Source: Octopus vulgaris
Lineage: Eukaryota
Reading direction: 5' to 3'
DNA: 64,000 bases
NCBI GenBank assembly: GCA_951406725.2
Contig: OX597839.1
Location: 29,326,001 to 29,390,000, forward strand
A model generated the notes under the pieces. It was not told the DNA's origin. It saw nothing but the letters and a program-made list of their open reading frames with translations, and ran no database searches. How positions within the stretch are numbered: position 1 is the first letter of the stretch; each line of letters opens with the position of its first letter. The translations under genes and the position numbers were made by a program. Shown piece by piece: positions 23,205-35,789 of the stretch.

Positions 23205-23528
23205 GGATCTTTACCTTTTGACCGACAGATTTAAAAAATAATTTTTTTTGTAATTAAACACTTTCAAATTTCGGACACTGGTAGAATGTGTCATATAAAA
23301 CATCTTTTACTCTTAGTGTTTTTGAGAAAAGCTTATATTTAAGAAGTTATTTCACGTTAAAGTTGTAGTATTTCGGTAATTTCAACCAATCAATGACATG
23401 TATTCAGCTGAATAAGCGCTAAGAGTAAAAGATGTTTTATATGACACTTTCTACCAGTGTTCGAACTATGAAAGTGTTTAGTTACCAAAAATTATTTTTT
23501 AAATCTGTCGGTCAAAAGGTAAAGATCC
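23205..23528. mobile_element. MITE with ~110-bp TIRs and 8-bp target duplication (Merlin- or MULE-like)
   Basis: TSD GGCTTCTG at 23197-23204 and 23529-23536; termini GGATCTTTACCTTTTGACCGACAGATTT / AAATCTGTCGGTCAAAAGGTAAAGATCC. Confidence 0.85.
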
Positions 23529-24696
23529 GGCTTCTGGAAGATCTTTAACCATCATATTTTTACAATTTCTTTCATATATTTCTGTTTACCTCTTCTATAC
23601 TATTTAGCCATTCAACATTTTCGCTGTGGTTTATTTGTCCACATTAGATGTCACGTGAGAATTGCACCGCCAGTTCAGTCGTTGGTATCTTAATAACCAT
23701 TGACTCTTTTCCTCGGAAAAAAAATATTTTGCATCCATTTAAAATATTTCTTCTCAACCGTTACATTTCCATTCTTCACCGCCACCTTCGCACACGCCAG
23801 GCTTTCACTTCCAGATTCGCTTCTTCTCTCTCCTCTATTCCTTAACCGGAATTTTTTCTTTAGTTTTCTAACCTTTCTTCTTTTCATATCCTTGTTCTTG
23901 CAAAATTCCTCCAAGATTGTTATTTATTTATTTTTATTTCTTTCTCCCTCCCGCCCTATTCTTCCTTTCTTTCTTTCACTCTCTCTCTCTCCTTTCTTTT
24001 TTTCTTCCCTCCTTCCCTCTTCCTTTAAACATATCCAGTGTTATATACACAAGTTCTATTTCTCTCTTCTCTGACTCAATTACCTTGCTTGAGACGTAGA
24101 TCAATTGATTAAGTTCATACAAATTTCGTTTAATTGTATCGAGAACTTCTTTGATTGCACTCTTTCCCATCGCCATCGATTTCTTACGTCCGTTTTTGCT
24201 TCTTATTTTCGTCCGCCATGTTTGCGTTGCTTGCTTTCACATGCTTTTCACTTACAATCTCTTCTCTTCTGCTTTTCACGTCTTCACCACTCTTGTCTAA
24301 AAAGTGGCCATTCTCTTACCTCGTTGCCGTCTTCTGATTCTATTTCTTCAATGTCAGCTTCATTTCTGGTACCATTCCTCGCACACAACTAAAATGATGT
24401 TTTATGGGCATCCTCCGAAGATTTCATCTGTCATAAGACAGCATCGTCTATCTCAGGGGTCGCCAAATTCTTCGACCATCGACCCCCTTTAGCCACTTTC
24501 TCCTTCCGCATCGATCACCCTCCTCATTTAAAATGTCTTAATACCCTACCCTACCGTACCATATCTTAAATGCGTACCGGGTACTGATGCTGGCAATTAA
24601 AATGTTGAGCACTGGGGGTCGATGTAATCGACTCATCCCCTCCGCCAAAATTGCTGCCCTTGTGGCAAAATTTGAAATTATTATTATTATTATTAT

Positions 24697-25248
24697 GCGT
24701 GTCGGACGGATCAGGTTATCAACCGAGTCCATCGTGAATATCGTCCCGCCGCCTTCCTTTGGCCGGGAAGGAAAGGCAGTTTTCCTCTGTCTGGTGGCGA
24801 TGGCGAAGGAGGTAGTGTGGTGGGCGAGATTGAAGGGACTGAAGGCAGATACTTTCCTCTTCGGCCAAGCACTCATCGACCTTTTCAAGTTCTACTTGAA
24901 AAGGAAAGTGAAAGTAGAGAGGGAAGTTCTGCCCCTCAGTAAATTTGCTGAAAGGTGGAGAGGATGGCTCGCGTGAACTTTGAACTTTGAACTTTCGTTT
25001 GTAAACCTGAGAAGTTGAGAAGGAAAGAAGCGCCCGCTGAGGTGCATCTGGCGGTCGGGAGACCCAGAATGTTTGGGGATTCTCGGTTGTCCCTGTGCGG
25101 AACTTACCCCTTTTGAGGGAATTATTATTGTTTAATCGTTTAGTTAATTGTTTTTATTACTTATTATAAACACGGCATTGTTCAAAACCCCACCTGTCCC
25201 TCATTCCTACTTGTTTTGCATTCGGCACTTGTGGCCAATAAAAAAAAA
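24697..25248 (+). mobile_element. L1/Tx1-clade LINE 3' end (ORF2 C-terminus, 3'UTR, AATAAA and poly-A)
   Basis: RVGRIRLSTESIV..FGREGKAVFLCLVAMAKEVVWWARLKG..FKFYLKRKVKVERE..KFAERW; ends ccaataaaaaaaaa. Confidence 0.8.
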
Positions 25249-25270
25249 CGACTACTACTACTACTACTAC

Positions 25271-25680
25271 TACTACCTCCGCCTTAGCAAAGGCGGAGGT
25301 ATTGTTTTCAGTCGTATTTGTTTGTTTGTTTGTCTCAAGAACCGCCGGATGGATTCGGATGAAACTTTCAAGGATGTTTGACCTCGTGACTAGCACCGGA
25401 TCGATCCGGCAACGGACAAAGATTCCGGACTATTTTCCCGATTTTTTTACTTTACATGTATATGTAAAGCTTCGCATAGTTCTCTTGTTCACGGACACAC
25501 ATACTCACACATTTTCAGCGTTAAACATTACAATCCCATTTCCATTGTACACACGCACACACACACACACACACCTCTCTTTTACACACACATACACTCA
25601 CACTTCAAACGCCGTTTATCGGCTTTTCGCCCCTTCCTTCGTTCAGGGTCGTCACTCCCTGAAGTAGTGAAGAAAATCGC
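25271..25680 (+). mobile_element. Helentron/HINE-like non-autonomous rolling-circle element, 5' part
   Basis: tACCTCCGCCtt-agc-aaAGGCGGAGGT hairpin, then (GTTT)n and ggatggattcggatgaaacttt: DINE-1/HINE-type layout. Confidence 0.6.
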
Positions 25681-25964
25681 TATATATATATATATATATA
25701 AATTTAAATTGAATATTAATTTGATTGAGAACAATCTTTTCTTAGTGGTCAGACCAAATGGGGTCTACCTCTAGCATAATGGATGTCCACTTAGTGGTCA
25801 AACCTCTTATATATATAAATATATATATAAATATAAATTATATATATTATATATACGTGTGTTTATATGTGCGTGTATATATATATATATAAATATATTA
25901 TATATATATATATACAATATACATACATACATATGCACATACTTAGATATAGGTGTGTCTATGA

Positions 25965-25999
<35 letters not shown>

Positions 26000-26314
26000 C
26001 ACACACACACACACACATTCCGTTTTGTCAACTCATTCCGGCAATAACAACAACAACAACAATACCGCCATTCACTTTTCCTTTTACAAATCTATACTTT
26101 TAATTCTTGGTGCGCAGTTTAAATATCTTGACGTGTGTGTGCATATGTGTGCATATGTGTGAGTGTGTGCGTCTATGTATATGTGTTTGCGTGTGTGTGA
26201 GTGTGTGTGTATGTCTGTGTATGCACTTGTTACGTAACATACGAGACCGGACACACAGACACACAGCTGGGAGAGGCAATGATTCGGTTGTCAGAAAAAT
26301 ATCACCTTTGCTGC

Positions 26315-27148
26315 AACCACCGCCACCACCACCACCACCACCACCGCCTCTACCACCACCACCGAGACTTTCGCCTACCCGCATTAGCAATTACACCACA
26401 ACAACGACAACGGCGACAACCACCACCACCACCACCTGCATCACCTGCATCACCACCATCACTGCCACCACCATCACCACCACCACCACCGCCGCCGCCA
26501 TCACCACCACCACCACCACCACCATCATCACACCACCATCATCACCATCATCTGTTGCATGACGGCGACGACGTCCACCTCACCGTCACTACCACCATCT
26601 CGGCCACGAGAACCACCACTGCTACCACCATCATCACCAATACAACCATCATCACCGCCATCACCATCACTTATACCATGACGACGCCAACGTGACCCCC
26701 TCCCCCACCATCACCACCACAGCCACAGCAACCATCCCTTCCGCTTTGACCCGCCCCCCCCGAGCCCTCATCCGTCAATGCTTTAGCAAAGCTCTCTCCG
26801 TCGACTTGGCTGGTGTGTGTGTGGGTGGGTGGAGGGGGTGATGGTGGTGGTGGTAGGTGTGTGTGTGGGTGGGTGGAGGGGGTGATGGTGAGGGTGGTAG
26901 GTGTGTCGTGAGGGGAAGGAAGAGTGTTTTAACTGGTTAAATGTTATCAGTTGTTCCACCGACACCGACAGACGTCGCGTCGGTGGGACAGCGCAATCTC
27001 GCCTCAAGTGCAAAAAATGCACATTGGATGCACCACTACTACTACCACTACCACTACTACAACCATCGTCAGCGTTATCGTGTTTGTCAGCAGCACTGTT
27101 ATTATCCCAACAACTAGCTGCAACTGGTACGACAGCAACAGTTGCATC

Positions 27149-27179
<31 letters not shown>

Positions 27180-27545
27180 CATTCATCGTCGTCATCATTG
27201 ACACCCATCTTCTCCTCCATCCACTTATCATCATCGTCGACACTAACTCCCCACCACCACCACCACCACCACCACAGTATCCTATCATCATCATCACAAC
27301 GTCGTCGTTGTCATCGTCATCACCATCATCATCATCTTCCCCATCATTGTCGTCCTTGCCGTCGTCCTCCTCGTCGCCATCATCGTTATCTGCATCAAGT
27401 GAATAATTCTCTCATCTCCGTAGTTTTATCACAAAGCATTTCCATTTCTCATTCAGGAAGAAAATGTATTTCACGTCTTTGTTGCTTTTATGTTGCTGTT
27501 GTTTTTGTTAGTGGTGATGGTGGTGGCGGCGGCGGTGGTGTTGCG
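26315..27545. repeat. Large (CAC/CCA/CAT/GGT) trinucleotide low-complexity field
   Basis: Seen directly; poly-P/T/H/S ORFs in all frames. Confidence 0.85.
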
Positions 27546-28040
27546 AATATGGTCAGCATTTTTGCCGAGCACCATCATTTCCCACCATCATTTGGCCCAC
27601 TTTCGGCCCACTTTCAGCCATAAATTGAAATAAAGAATTACCCATCGTAACGGAGCTCATATTCAGCCTCAACTTGCGGTTGCTTCCCCTTGAGACAGCG
27701 TTTGGCAGGGAAGCCATTTTTATGCAGATCGTTTCAACCCATTTGAGAAAACTTTATCCTCAATAGCAACGAGATTCATCTTTAATAGGAGCATTTCAAT
27801 AAAATAGATGGCAACCTCAAGATTATAATGATTTCTTTTATTGGATACAAGGGGCCCAAGACATTTAGAACTTCATAAAACAACGAAATACAACACAGAA
27901 AAAGTGGGGGGTTTACTTTGATCAAACGGGGAAATAACAATGAGGATGAAACAATGGGTATCAAAATCGTTATCGTCTGTTTGTCTCGTATCCGAAAATT
28001 TAGTTTATTCTTTGCTGAACGCTTCCTTTATGTTGATGTG

Positions 28041-28299
28041 GGTATCAGGACAAAATCCTGCCGAGGACAAAAGCCTACCGAGGACAAAATAGGACAAAAT
28101 CCCCCCCCGAGGACAAAATAGGACAAAATTCCTCCGAGGACAAAATCCCTCCGAATAAATTTTACACAAATATATCAACTCATAAATATTAAAATTTTTT
28201 AAAAATAAAATTTCACTTTAAAATATTCTTATTGTAAAGAAAGAAAAATATCCCGGGGGATTTTGTCCTGGGTAGGGTGGGGGATTTTGTCCTAGTACC
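28041..28299. mobile_element. Non-autonomous DNA transposon with subterminal AGGACAAAAT repeats (MULE-like)
   Basis: Termini ggtatcaggacaaaatcc / ggattttgtcctagtacc; 7 direct AGGACAAAA units on the left and 2 inverted on the right; ATGTTGATG in both flanks. Confidence 0.7.
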
Positions 28300-28309
28300 A
28301 TGTTGATGG

Positions 28310-28630
28310 TGTTGATGACTATAGACAAAAACATCCATAAAAGAGTCGATGGCATTGACTGCATGATAAAAGCTGGTGGAGGACGAGGATGATTTTATCC
28401 AGCGTTTCCTTCCTTCAGTGAAAAGAAGATGGTGTTACTCTCTTCGAAGAAAATTCAGGTACCAACTCAAAGCAATACTGAAAGCCAGTGGAACTGAGCC
28501 TCAAATCGTTTGAAACACAAGCCCGAGGCCGTTCCAAGTGGCGGTGTTCCATCACCATCGGAACCAAAGACATCGAAGCTACCAGAAGAGAAAAAGGAAG
28601 AAATCAAACGATGTCAAAATAGAACACAGA
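28310..28630 (+). mobile_element. RTE-clade LINE C-terminal relic
   Basis: KKFRYQLKAILKASG..(fs)..FETQARGRSKWRCSITIGTKDIEATRREK resembles the RTE/BovB C-terminus. Confidence 0.55.
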
Positions 28631-28699
28631 AAAATAGATAAATAAATAGATAGATAGATAGATAGATAGAATCTGCAATAGTGGAGCATTCCAATTAGA

Positions 28700-28865
28700 G
28701 TAATTCAGAGAAAACTCAACAGAAATAGTCCCGAATTACCCTGCCGTCTCCAAGGCAGTCTCTTTCCTCCTACTTTGAAAAGCATACTCAGAGTAGATCC
28801 ATTCAGTCTTGCTACAATCGTCCACCATCTGATAAACGCACTAAAAGCAGCACCTCTCTCTCTGC
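28700..28865 (-). mobile_element. Tx1-like LINE extreme 3' relic
   Basis: FIRWWTIVARLNGSTLSMLF parallels the end of the 24697 copy. Confidence 0.4.
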
Positions 28866-28955
28866 CATCGCCTTCCTCTCTACCATCACCTTCATTTCTA
28901 ACATCAGCTTTCTCTTCAGATGACGATGAATAATAATAGCAGCAGCAGTAGTAGC

Positions 28956-29010
<55 letters not shown>

Positions 29011-29040
29011 ATAGTCGTAGTAGTAGTAGTAGTAGTAGTA

Positions 29041-29515
29041 TTTCGGGAAAAAAAAATTTGGTAAGCTCAGAAAATATAAAGATTTGCTAATCGAAATGGA
29101 AAAGATGTGACATCTGAAGACGGTTAGAATAGCAACGGTTGTAGGAGCACTTGGAATGATCAAAGAAAGGAACTGAAAATTATTTAAGAATGATCCCTGG
29201 ATTACCATCCATGCAGGAAGTGCAAAAGATTGTCTTAACTGGTAACTGGTCACACGCATTGAGGAGAGAAATGTCGCCGTGAATTTTCTTTCCCTTTTCC
29301 TCCCCTTTATTTTATTTGTTTACTTTTCTATTTTTTTTTCCTTTTCTCTCCGTCTTTCTTCCCCCTTTTCTCTATCACGTGACTCTGTAAATGAGAAATC
29401 TGGCGCGTTTGTTTCAATAGCCTATCAATGCACACAGTACGTTTCTCTGCCCTAGGTGTCAGGAAGACATTCGGCAAGAAATGGAAACAGAATTGAAAAA
29501 AGATGCTAATGAAAA
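29041..29515 (+). mobile_element. R4/Dong-clade (RLE) LINE 3' fragment 1 with 3'UTR
   Basis: KLRKYKDLLIEMEKM*HLKTVRIATVVGALGMIK..PSMQEVQKIVLTG; preceded by (TAG)n and followed by (TAA/CAA)n. Confidence 0.8.
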
Positions 29516-29549
29516 TAATGATGATAATGCTAGTAACAACAACAACAGC

Positions 29550-29580
<31 letters not shown>

Positions 29581-30375
29581 GTGCCCAGGAATAAGTTCTG
29601 AGAACTAATTACACCAAGTTCCAAATAGATAAGAATAGCGAATCGCCCCTTTATAGGATGTGTGGCAGCAGAAACGAAACAATCTCACATGTTGTGAGTG
29701 AATGTAGCAAGCTGACCCAAAAGCACTACAAAAGGAAGCACGGTAATGTGGCTAAGTTCGTCCACTGGAGACCATGTGGGAAAGTACGGCCTGAACAGAG
29801 TACGGAAATGGTACGAGCATGAACCGGAAGGGGTCACCGAGAACAAGGAATATAAGACACTGTGGGATTTTACAATCCAGCGTGACTCCCTCATCGAGGC
29901 TCGGAGACCGGGTATTGTTGTGGTAGATAAAAAGAAAAAAAGGAAACCAAGATTATAGATATTGCAATACCTGGAGATGCACGTATAAGTGACAAAGATG
30001 TAGAAAAGATTGAAAAGTACAGACTACTAAAAAATGAAATTGCAAGGATGTGGACTATGAGGAGAGTGTGTGTCGTTCCAGTAGTTGTAGGGGCACTCGG
30101 AGCACTAACAGCCAAGTTCGGGAAATATGTCAGAGAAATTAGAATTGACATGAGAGCAGAGCAGGCCCCCACAAAACTGCTCTGCTGGGGAACAGCTAGG
30201 ATTTTCAGACTGGTACTTGGATGTTGAATGTCTCTCGCGATAATTAACAACCAAATATCAAAGCTTGTAATGTGCGGAAAGAGACCATGTGAGACCTCTA
30301 GCGGTAGGCTGCTGTTTGCTCCCACTGAATCTGCCAGAACAAACAAGATCGAACGCTCTGAGAAGTAAAACAACA
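29581..30375 (+). mobile_element. R4/Dong-clade LINE 3' fragment 2 (CCHC and restriction-like endonuclease)
   Basis: AQE*VLRTNY..RMCGSRNETISHVVSEC..RKHGNVA..WYEHEPEGV..LWDFTIQRD..ARRPGIVVVD..IIDIAIPGD..EKIEKY..VPVVVGALG..GTARI. Confidence 0.9.
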
Positions 30376-30377
30376 AG

Positions 30378-30435
<58 letters not shown>

Positions 30436-30481
30436 GCAGCAGCAACAACCACAACCACAACCTCAACAACAACAACAACAA

Positions 30482-30865
30482 CGATACTGCTGCTGCTACA
30501 TTCCCCTTTGACCCAGGAATAGTGAAGAAGGAAGGCGAAAAGATAGTACAACTCTCTTAAGTACGAAAGTACGAAAGAGCCCGGCTATAGAAAATGAAGA
30601 AGGTGAAGATAGTGCCAGTTACTGTTGGGTCCTTGGGGACAGAGTCAGAAGGCATCAAGGGGAATATAAAGGAAATTGGAAAAGAGTGCCCAGCAGAACT
30701 GTTACAATAAGGTTAGCCTTCATGGCACGGCCAGAATAATCAGGGAAGTATTGGATAGCTGAAAAGAGCGAATAGCATGGTACCGTAGGCTGCAGGTAGC
30801 AAGCCCGCTACGCATGCAAGACTCCAGGAGCTCCAATAGACCCTGTGATAAAGAGAAAAAAAAGA
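30482..30865 (+). mobile_element. R4/Dong-clade LINE 3' fragment 3
   Basis: KMKKVKIVPVTVGSLG..IKEIG..ELLQ..HGTARIIREVLDS*, with a distinct UTR. Confidence 0.75.
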
Positions 30866-30869
30866 CCTC

Positions 30870-31063
30870 GATTTTGAGGTGGTGGGGATGGGGACAAGTC
30901 GATTACATCGATCCCAGTGTTTCACTGGTACTTAATTTATCGACCCCGAAAGGATGAAAGGCGAAGTCGAAACCGGCGGAATTTGAACTCAGAACGTAGC
31001 GACGGGCAAAGTACTGCTAATCATTTTGCCCGTCGTGCTAACGATTCTGCCAGCTCGCCGCCT
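30870..31063 (-). mobile_element. SINE family A
   Basis: Full head on the minus strand (ctgccagctcgccgcc at the right end). Confidence 0.85.
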
Positions 31064-31095
31064 AAATAATAATGACGACGACGACGGCGACGATG

Positions 31096-31315
31096 GCACT
31101 CAGAGAACGCAAACCTCCACCAAGGCAACACCAACGTCTTCTCAACGATTAGCTGGAGATGATTTTTAAAATGAGAATAACTGAAATAAACTCGACTGCT
31201 CTCACAAATGAGAATACTAAAAATGAACTCGACCGATCTCTAAAATTAAGTAAAAACAAACAAACAAAAAAAATAAAATAATCCAGAATCCTTATCCGGT
31301 GACTGATCGACCCCC
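31096..31315 (-). mobile_element. Helentron/HINE-like element 3' end
   Basis: Minus strand ends ccttggtggaggtttgcgttctctgagtgc: subterminal repeat matching the 25271 hairpin plus a terminal stem-loop. Confidence 0.55.
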
Positions 31316-31384
31316 AATGGTAGTCATGGAATGTGAAGGTGAGTGTGTGGGCTGTGTGTAGGTCGTGGGAAAAAGAACAGTTTT

Positions 31385-31600
31385 CTCTATGAAGGTCTTT
31401 TTTAGTCTATCCACTGATATAGTGTCTTTACGACCATGAAGGTCTATAGTGAAAAGTTTATCCGTGCGTGAAAGAAAATGGAAAGGACCTGCATACGGTG
31501 CTGTTAAAGGAGCTTGAACAACATCGTGAGTCGAAGTAAAACTTCCTTCAAGGCAGAGCTAGAAACGCAATTGTCAAGAAGGTAAGAGGTTTTAAAGAGG
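31385..31600 (-). mobile_element. Gypsy/Ty3 LTR retrotransposon integrase C-terminal (GPF/Y) relic
   Basis: THDVVQAPLTAPYAGPFHFLSRTDKLFTIDLHGRKDTISVDRLKKTFIE. Confidence 0.75.
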
Positions 31601-31814
31601 AGCGATAAATTCAAAATTGGTAAAACTAAAAATAGTCGAGGATGAATTAGATTTATTATTGATACTGAATATGTTGGTGTTATTTAATTTCAGAATGGTT
31701 TTGCTGCCGTTTGTTTCTGTAGTTTGGTTTCTTTATCCACCAGTTTCTACTAAGATGCAGACCGGATCAATTACAACTCTCGCCGTCGTAACCAATGGAA
31801 TGCCAGTTTTAGTG

Positions 31815-32135
31815 AAGGCGCGTGACTTAGAGTTTAGGGTGTTCGGCTCACGAGTGTACGGTCGTGAGTTTGATTCACGGAGGCGCGTTGTGTCCTTGAG
31901 CAAGACTCTTAATCTCACGTTGCTCCAGTCCACTCAGCTGGCAAAAAAATGAATTGTACTTTTATTTCAAAGGACCATCCTTGTCACACCCTGTGTCATG
32001 CTGAGTCTCCCTGAGAACTACGTTAAGGATACACGTGTCTGTGGAGTGCTCAGCCACTTGCAAGTTAATTTCACGAGCAGATTGTCCTGGTGATCGGATC
32101 AACTGGAACCCTCGTCGTCGTAACTGACGGAGGGT
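31815..32135 (+). mobile_element. tRNA-derived SINE, CORE-like body with tail 1
   Basis: gttgtgtccttgagcaagac body; tail (tatttcaaagg..gagaactacgttaagg.tacacgtgtc.gtggagtgctcagccacttgc) is shared with 45776-45960. Confidence 0.8.
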
Positions 32136-32675
32136 CAGTTAGCTATGTGTAAGAATCTACGTAGTGAGAGTGAAGATGTGTGCATATGTAATGTGTGTGT
32201 GTATGTGTGTATGAGTGTGACGTGTACCTTAGACTACATTATCCAGTGTGTCTATCAGCCGTCTCCTTTTCTTGTTTTGAGTTTTGATATTTTTTCTAAG
32301 ACAGCAGAATATCATTTGTGAGAGATTACCTGCTATTTCCAGCATGTGGAGTGACCACCAAGGCGCTTCCTCTACAGGCAACCGCAAACGCAAACTAACT
32401 GAAGGTAATTATATAACTCTCTAATCTCGCCTAATTGATTTTCCATCCACCGTATTACATATTAATTTGTGATAGAATATATATTTTTATCGATTTCGGA
32501 AGGGAAGATTAACGTTGACCTTGACAGAATTCAGATGTTTTTGTTGCTGCTATTTAACCCCAGGACAGTAATGATCGACTTAACCTCTGATCAAAGGGTG
32601 TTTCAGCTTTTACAGTCTTTACCATCTTTTATTCCAACGCTCTTATCTTAGACTGCTTCCTCTAATATTTCCTGA

Positions 32676-33690
32676 AGGCGGAGAGCTGGCAGAATCGTTA
32701 ACGTCCGGACTAAATACTTAGCACCATCTCTTCCGTTATTTTTTGTGTTCTGAGTTCAAATACCGTCAAGATCGATTTTGCCTTTTATCCTTTCGATGAA
32801 TTGAGTACCAGTTGAACACTGGGGTCAATGTTATCGGCCAGTCCACCCCCGTAAAATTTCAGGCTTGTGTCAATAGTAGAAAGGATTATTGGCAAGCTGG
32901 CAGAAACGTTAGCACGCCGGGCGAAATGCGTAGCCGTATTACGTCTGCCGTTACGTTCTGAGTTCAAATTCCGCCGAGGTCGACTTTGCCTTTCATCCTT
33001 TCGGGGTCGATTAAATAAGTACTAGTTACACACTGGGGTCGATATAATCGACTTAATCCGTTTGTCTGTCCTTGTTTGTCCTCTCTGTGTTTAGCCCCTT
33101 GTGGGTAGTAAAGAAATAGGTATTTCGTCCGTTTCTGAGTTCAAATTCCGCCGAGGTCGACTTTGCCTTTCATCCTTTCGGGGTCGATTAAATAAGTACC
33201 AGTTACGCACTGGGGTCGATATAATCGCCTTAATCCACTTGTCTGTCCTTGTTTGTCCTTTCTGTGTTTAGCCCCTTGTGGGTAGTAAAGAAATAGGTAT
33301 TTCGTCCGTCTTCAAGTTCTGAGTTGAAATCCTGCCGAGGTCGACTTTGCCATTCATCCTTTCGAGATCGATGAAAAGTGGCCCAGGGGCCGATGTAATC
33401 GACTTACCCCCTCCATCGAAATTGCTGGCCTTGTGCCAAACTTTCAAATCAATATTTACACGCTGTTGATTATAGGATTATATTAGGCGGCGCGTTGGCA
33501 GAATTGTTAGTAGATTTTTTTTTCGTTCGTTTTTGCGTTCTGAGTTCAAATTCCATCGAGGTCAGCGTTTCCTTTCTTCCGTTCGCAGTCGATAAAATAA
33601 GTACCAGTCAAGTACTGGAGTCGAAGTAATTAACTCCACCCCGCCCGCAAAAAAAAAAAAAAGAAACTCCTGACCACGTGATACAATTTG
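32676..33690 (+). mobile_element. SINE family A cluster including a trimer (32890-33450)
   Basis: Junction aaagaaatag|gtatttcg at 33120 and 33297. Confidence 0.85.
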
Positions 33691-34042
33691 AAGCCATTAT
33701 TTGTAGCATTGTTCAATGTGAGATTCAACACTTCTAAAAAGAATTATTTCACATTCTTCAAGTTTTTGAATTCTTATAACATAAACAACGCACAATTCTC
33801 GCTGGAAAGAATAAGCTTTTTAAAACAGATGGGAACTTTTGAAGGGTTGCTTTGGTCCAAAGGTGACACGCACGTCATGTTTACAGGAGATGTGAGTTCG
33901 TGTTCGGCGGGAAGCATTCGAGCGTTTTTTCTTCTTATTGAAACGGCTGTTAAACCAATATTTAAACACTATTATTTATAGCTTTATTTGCATCGAGATT
34001 CACGCTTCCTAAAAGGATATATACATTCATAAATATATGTAA

Positions 34043-34078
<36 letters not shown>

Positions 34079-34180
34079 GATGAGCTTCTTTCATTTTCCG
34101 TCTACCAAATCCACTCAAATCTTTGATCGGCCCGAGGCTACAGTAGAAGACACTCGCTCAAGATGCCACCCCTGTGAAAG

Positions 34181-34395
34181 TTAATCCAAACATGAAAACC
34201 CAAAGAGAAAACACAACAACACGAGGACGTGGAACAAGTATAGTGTTATTGGACGCTCAGGAAAGGAAAGAAAGAAGGAGGATTTAACGTTTGGAGCGGA
34301 GCTCTTCGTCAGAAACATAGAAAAAGGAAAGATCCAAGGAAGGGAAGACGGAGGGAAAAAATCGCCAACGATACACACGCGGTCACATATTGAAT
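34181..34395 (-). mobile_element. Penelope-like terminal repeat fragment with minimal HHR-like motif
   Basis: Minus strand: ttt-CTGACGA-a-GAGC-tcc-GCTC-caaa-C-G-TT-aaa (~34283-34315). Confidence 0.6.
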
Positions 34396-34663
34396 GATAT
34401 ATATATGTGTGTGTGTGTGCGTATATATACAATGTACTGTTCCGTACAGGTAAGATAAAAAAAAAGTATTCCATCTGGTGAAAGAGAAATATTATTTAAT
34501 ATTTAATAAACACAATTGTCTGAGGATTGTGTGAGGGCTCCAAACGTGTTATGAGATGTTGTCTGAATATTTTTCGTCGTATGAAACTATTAGTAGCTCA
34601 TAAAAATATAAACTGTGTTTATTAAATAATATATATGTGTTCACACACACATGCGCATGTATG

Positions 34664-34700
<37 letters not shown>

Positions 34701-34831
34701 TGGTCTGTAATAGAGCAATAAAATTAACGTTTTCCAGGATTAAAAGCAATAAAGAGATAATCCACATAATTGTTTTCTTTTTCAAAGCACTTTAAATGAT
34801 GTCTGGATTGAAATTAGAAAAACCACATCAA

Positions 34832-34908
34832 GGAGTATTCAAGTGGGAGTATTCAAGTGGGAGTACTCAAGTGGGAGTACTCAAGTGGGAGTACTCAAGT
34901 GGGAGTAC
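34832..34908. repeat. 14-bp tandem repeat x5.5 (GGAGTAYTCAAGTG)
   Basis: Two TATT units followed by three TACT units. Confidence 0.95.
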
Positions 34909-35049
34909 GTCAAATGCAGACTTGATTACTCTTTAATGTGTCATCCGTGGCTTTATAATGATTTGGCTTTTTTTTTTATTGTTCTTCATTAAACGAATCA
35001 ATTAAACCAGGATGGCCACATATGTATGGGTGTATGGGCATGGGCGGAA

Positions 35050-35749
35050 GGGCGTGTGTGTGTGTGTGTCTGTGTGTGTGTCTGTGTGTGTGTGAATGTG
35101 TGGGTGTTACAGAACTTCGGTAGGAACATTTTTGTGAATGAATGTGTAAGTTATCTGTGTGTGTGTGTATGTATCTGTGTATGCATGCATGCGTGAGTGT
35201 ATGTGTGTATGTATGTATGTATTATGTCTGTCTGTTTGTCTGTATGTATTATGTATGTGTGTTTATCTATGTGTGTATGTATATGTATGTGTATATATAT
35301 GTATGTTTGTGAGTGTATATATCTCTGTATGATCGTATATATGTATGTGTTTGTGTTTATCTATGTATGTATGACCGCATGTATGTATGTATGTATGTAT
35401 GTATGTATGTATGTATGTGTGTATGTATGTTTGTGTTTATTTATATATGTATGATCGTATGTATGCATGTATGTATGTGACTATGTGTGTGTTTATGTAT
35501 GTGTATGTATGTATGTATGTATGTGTGCGTGTGTTTATGTATGTATGACCGCATGTATGTATGTATGTATGTATGTGTTTATTTATGTATGTATGTATTT
35601 ATGTATGTATGTGTGTGTGTTTATGCAGGTATGTGCGTATTATACCATTTCTTTGACGACATTTTTGCATATGTATGTATGTTTGTATGTATGTTTGTAT
35701 GTGTATATGAATGTGTATCCCGGTCTATGCATGTTTGTTGCTGTTGTTG

Positions 35750-35789
<40 letters not shown>

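Noticed and set aside
26107-27623. 240-aa and other poly-P/H/S/T ORFs resembling transcription-factor low-complexity regions
   Set aside because: Open in multiple frames on both strands, no domain, no convincing splice context.
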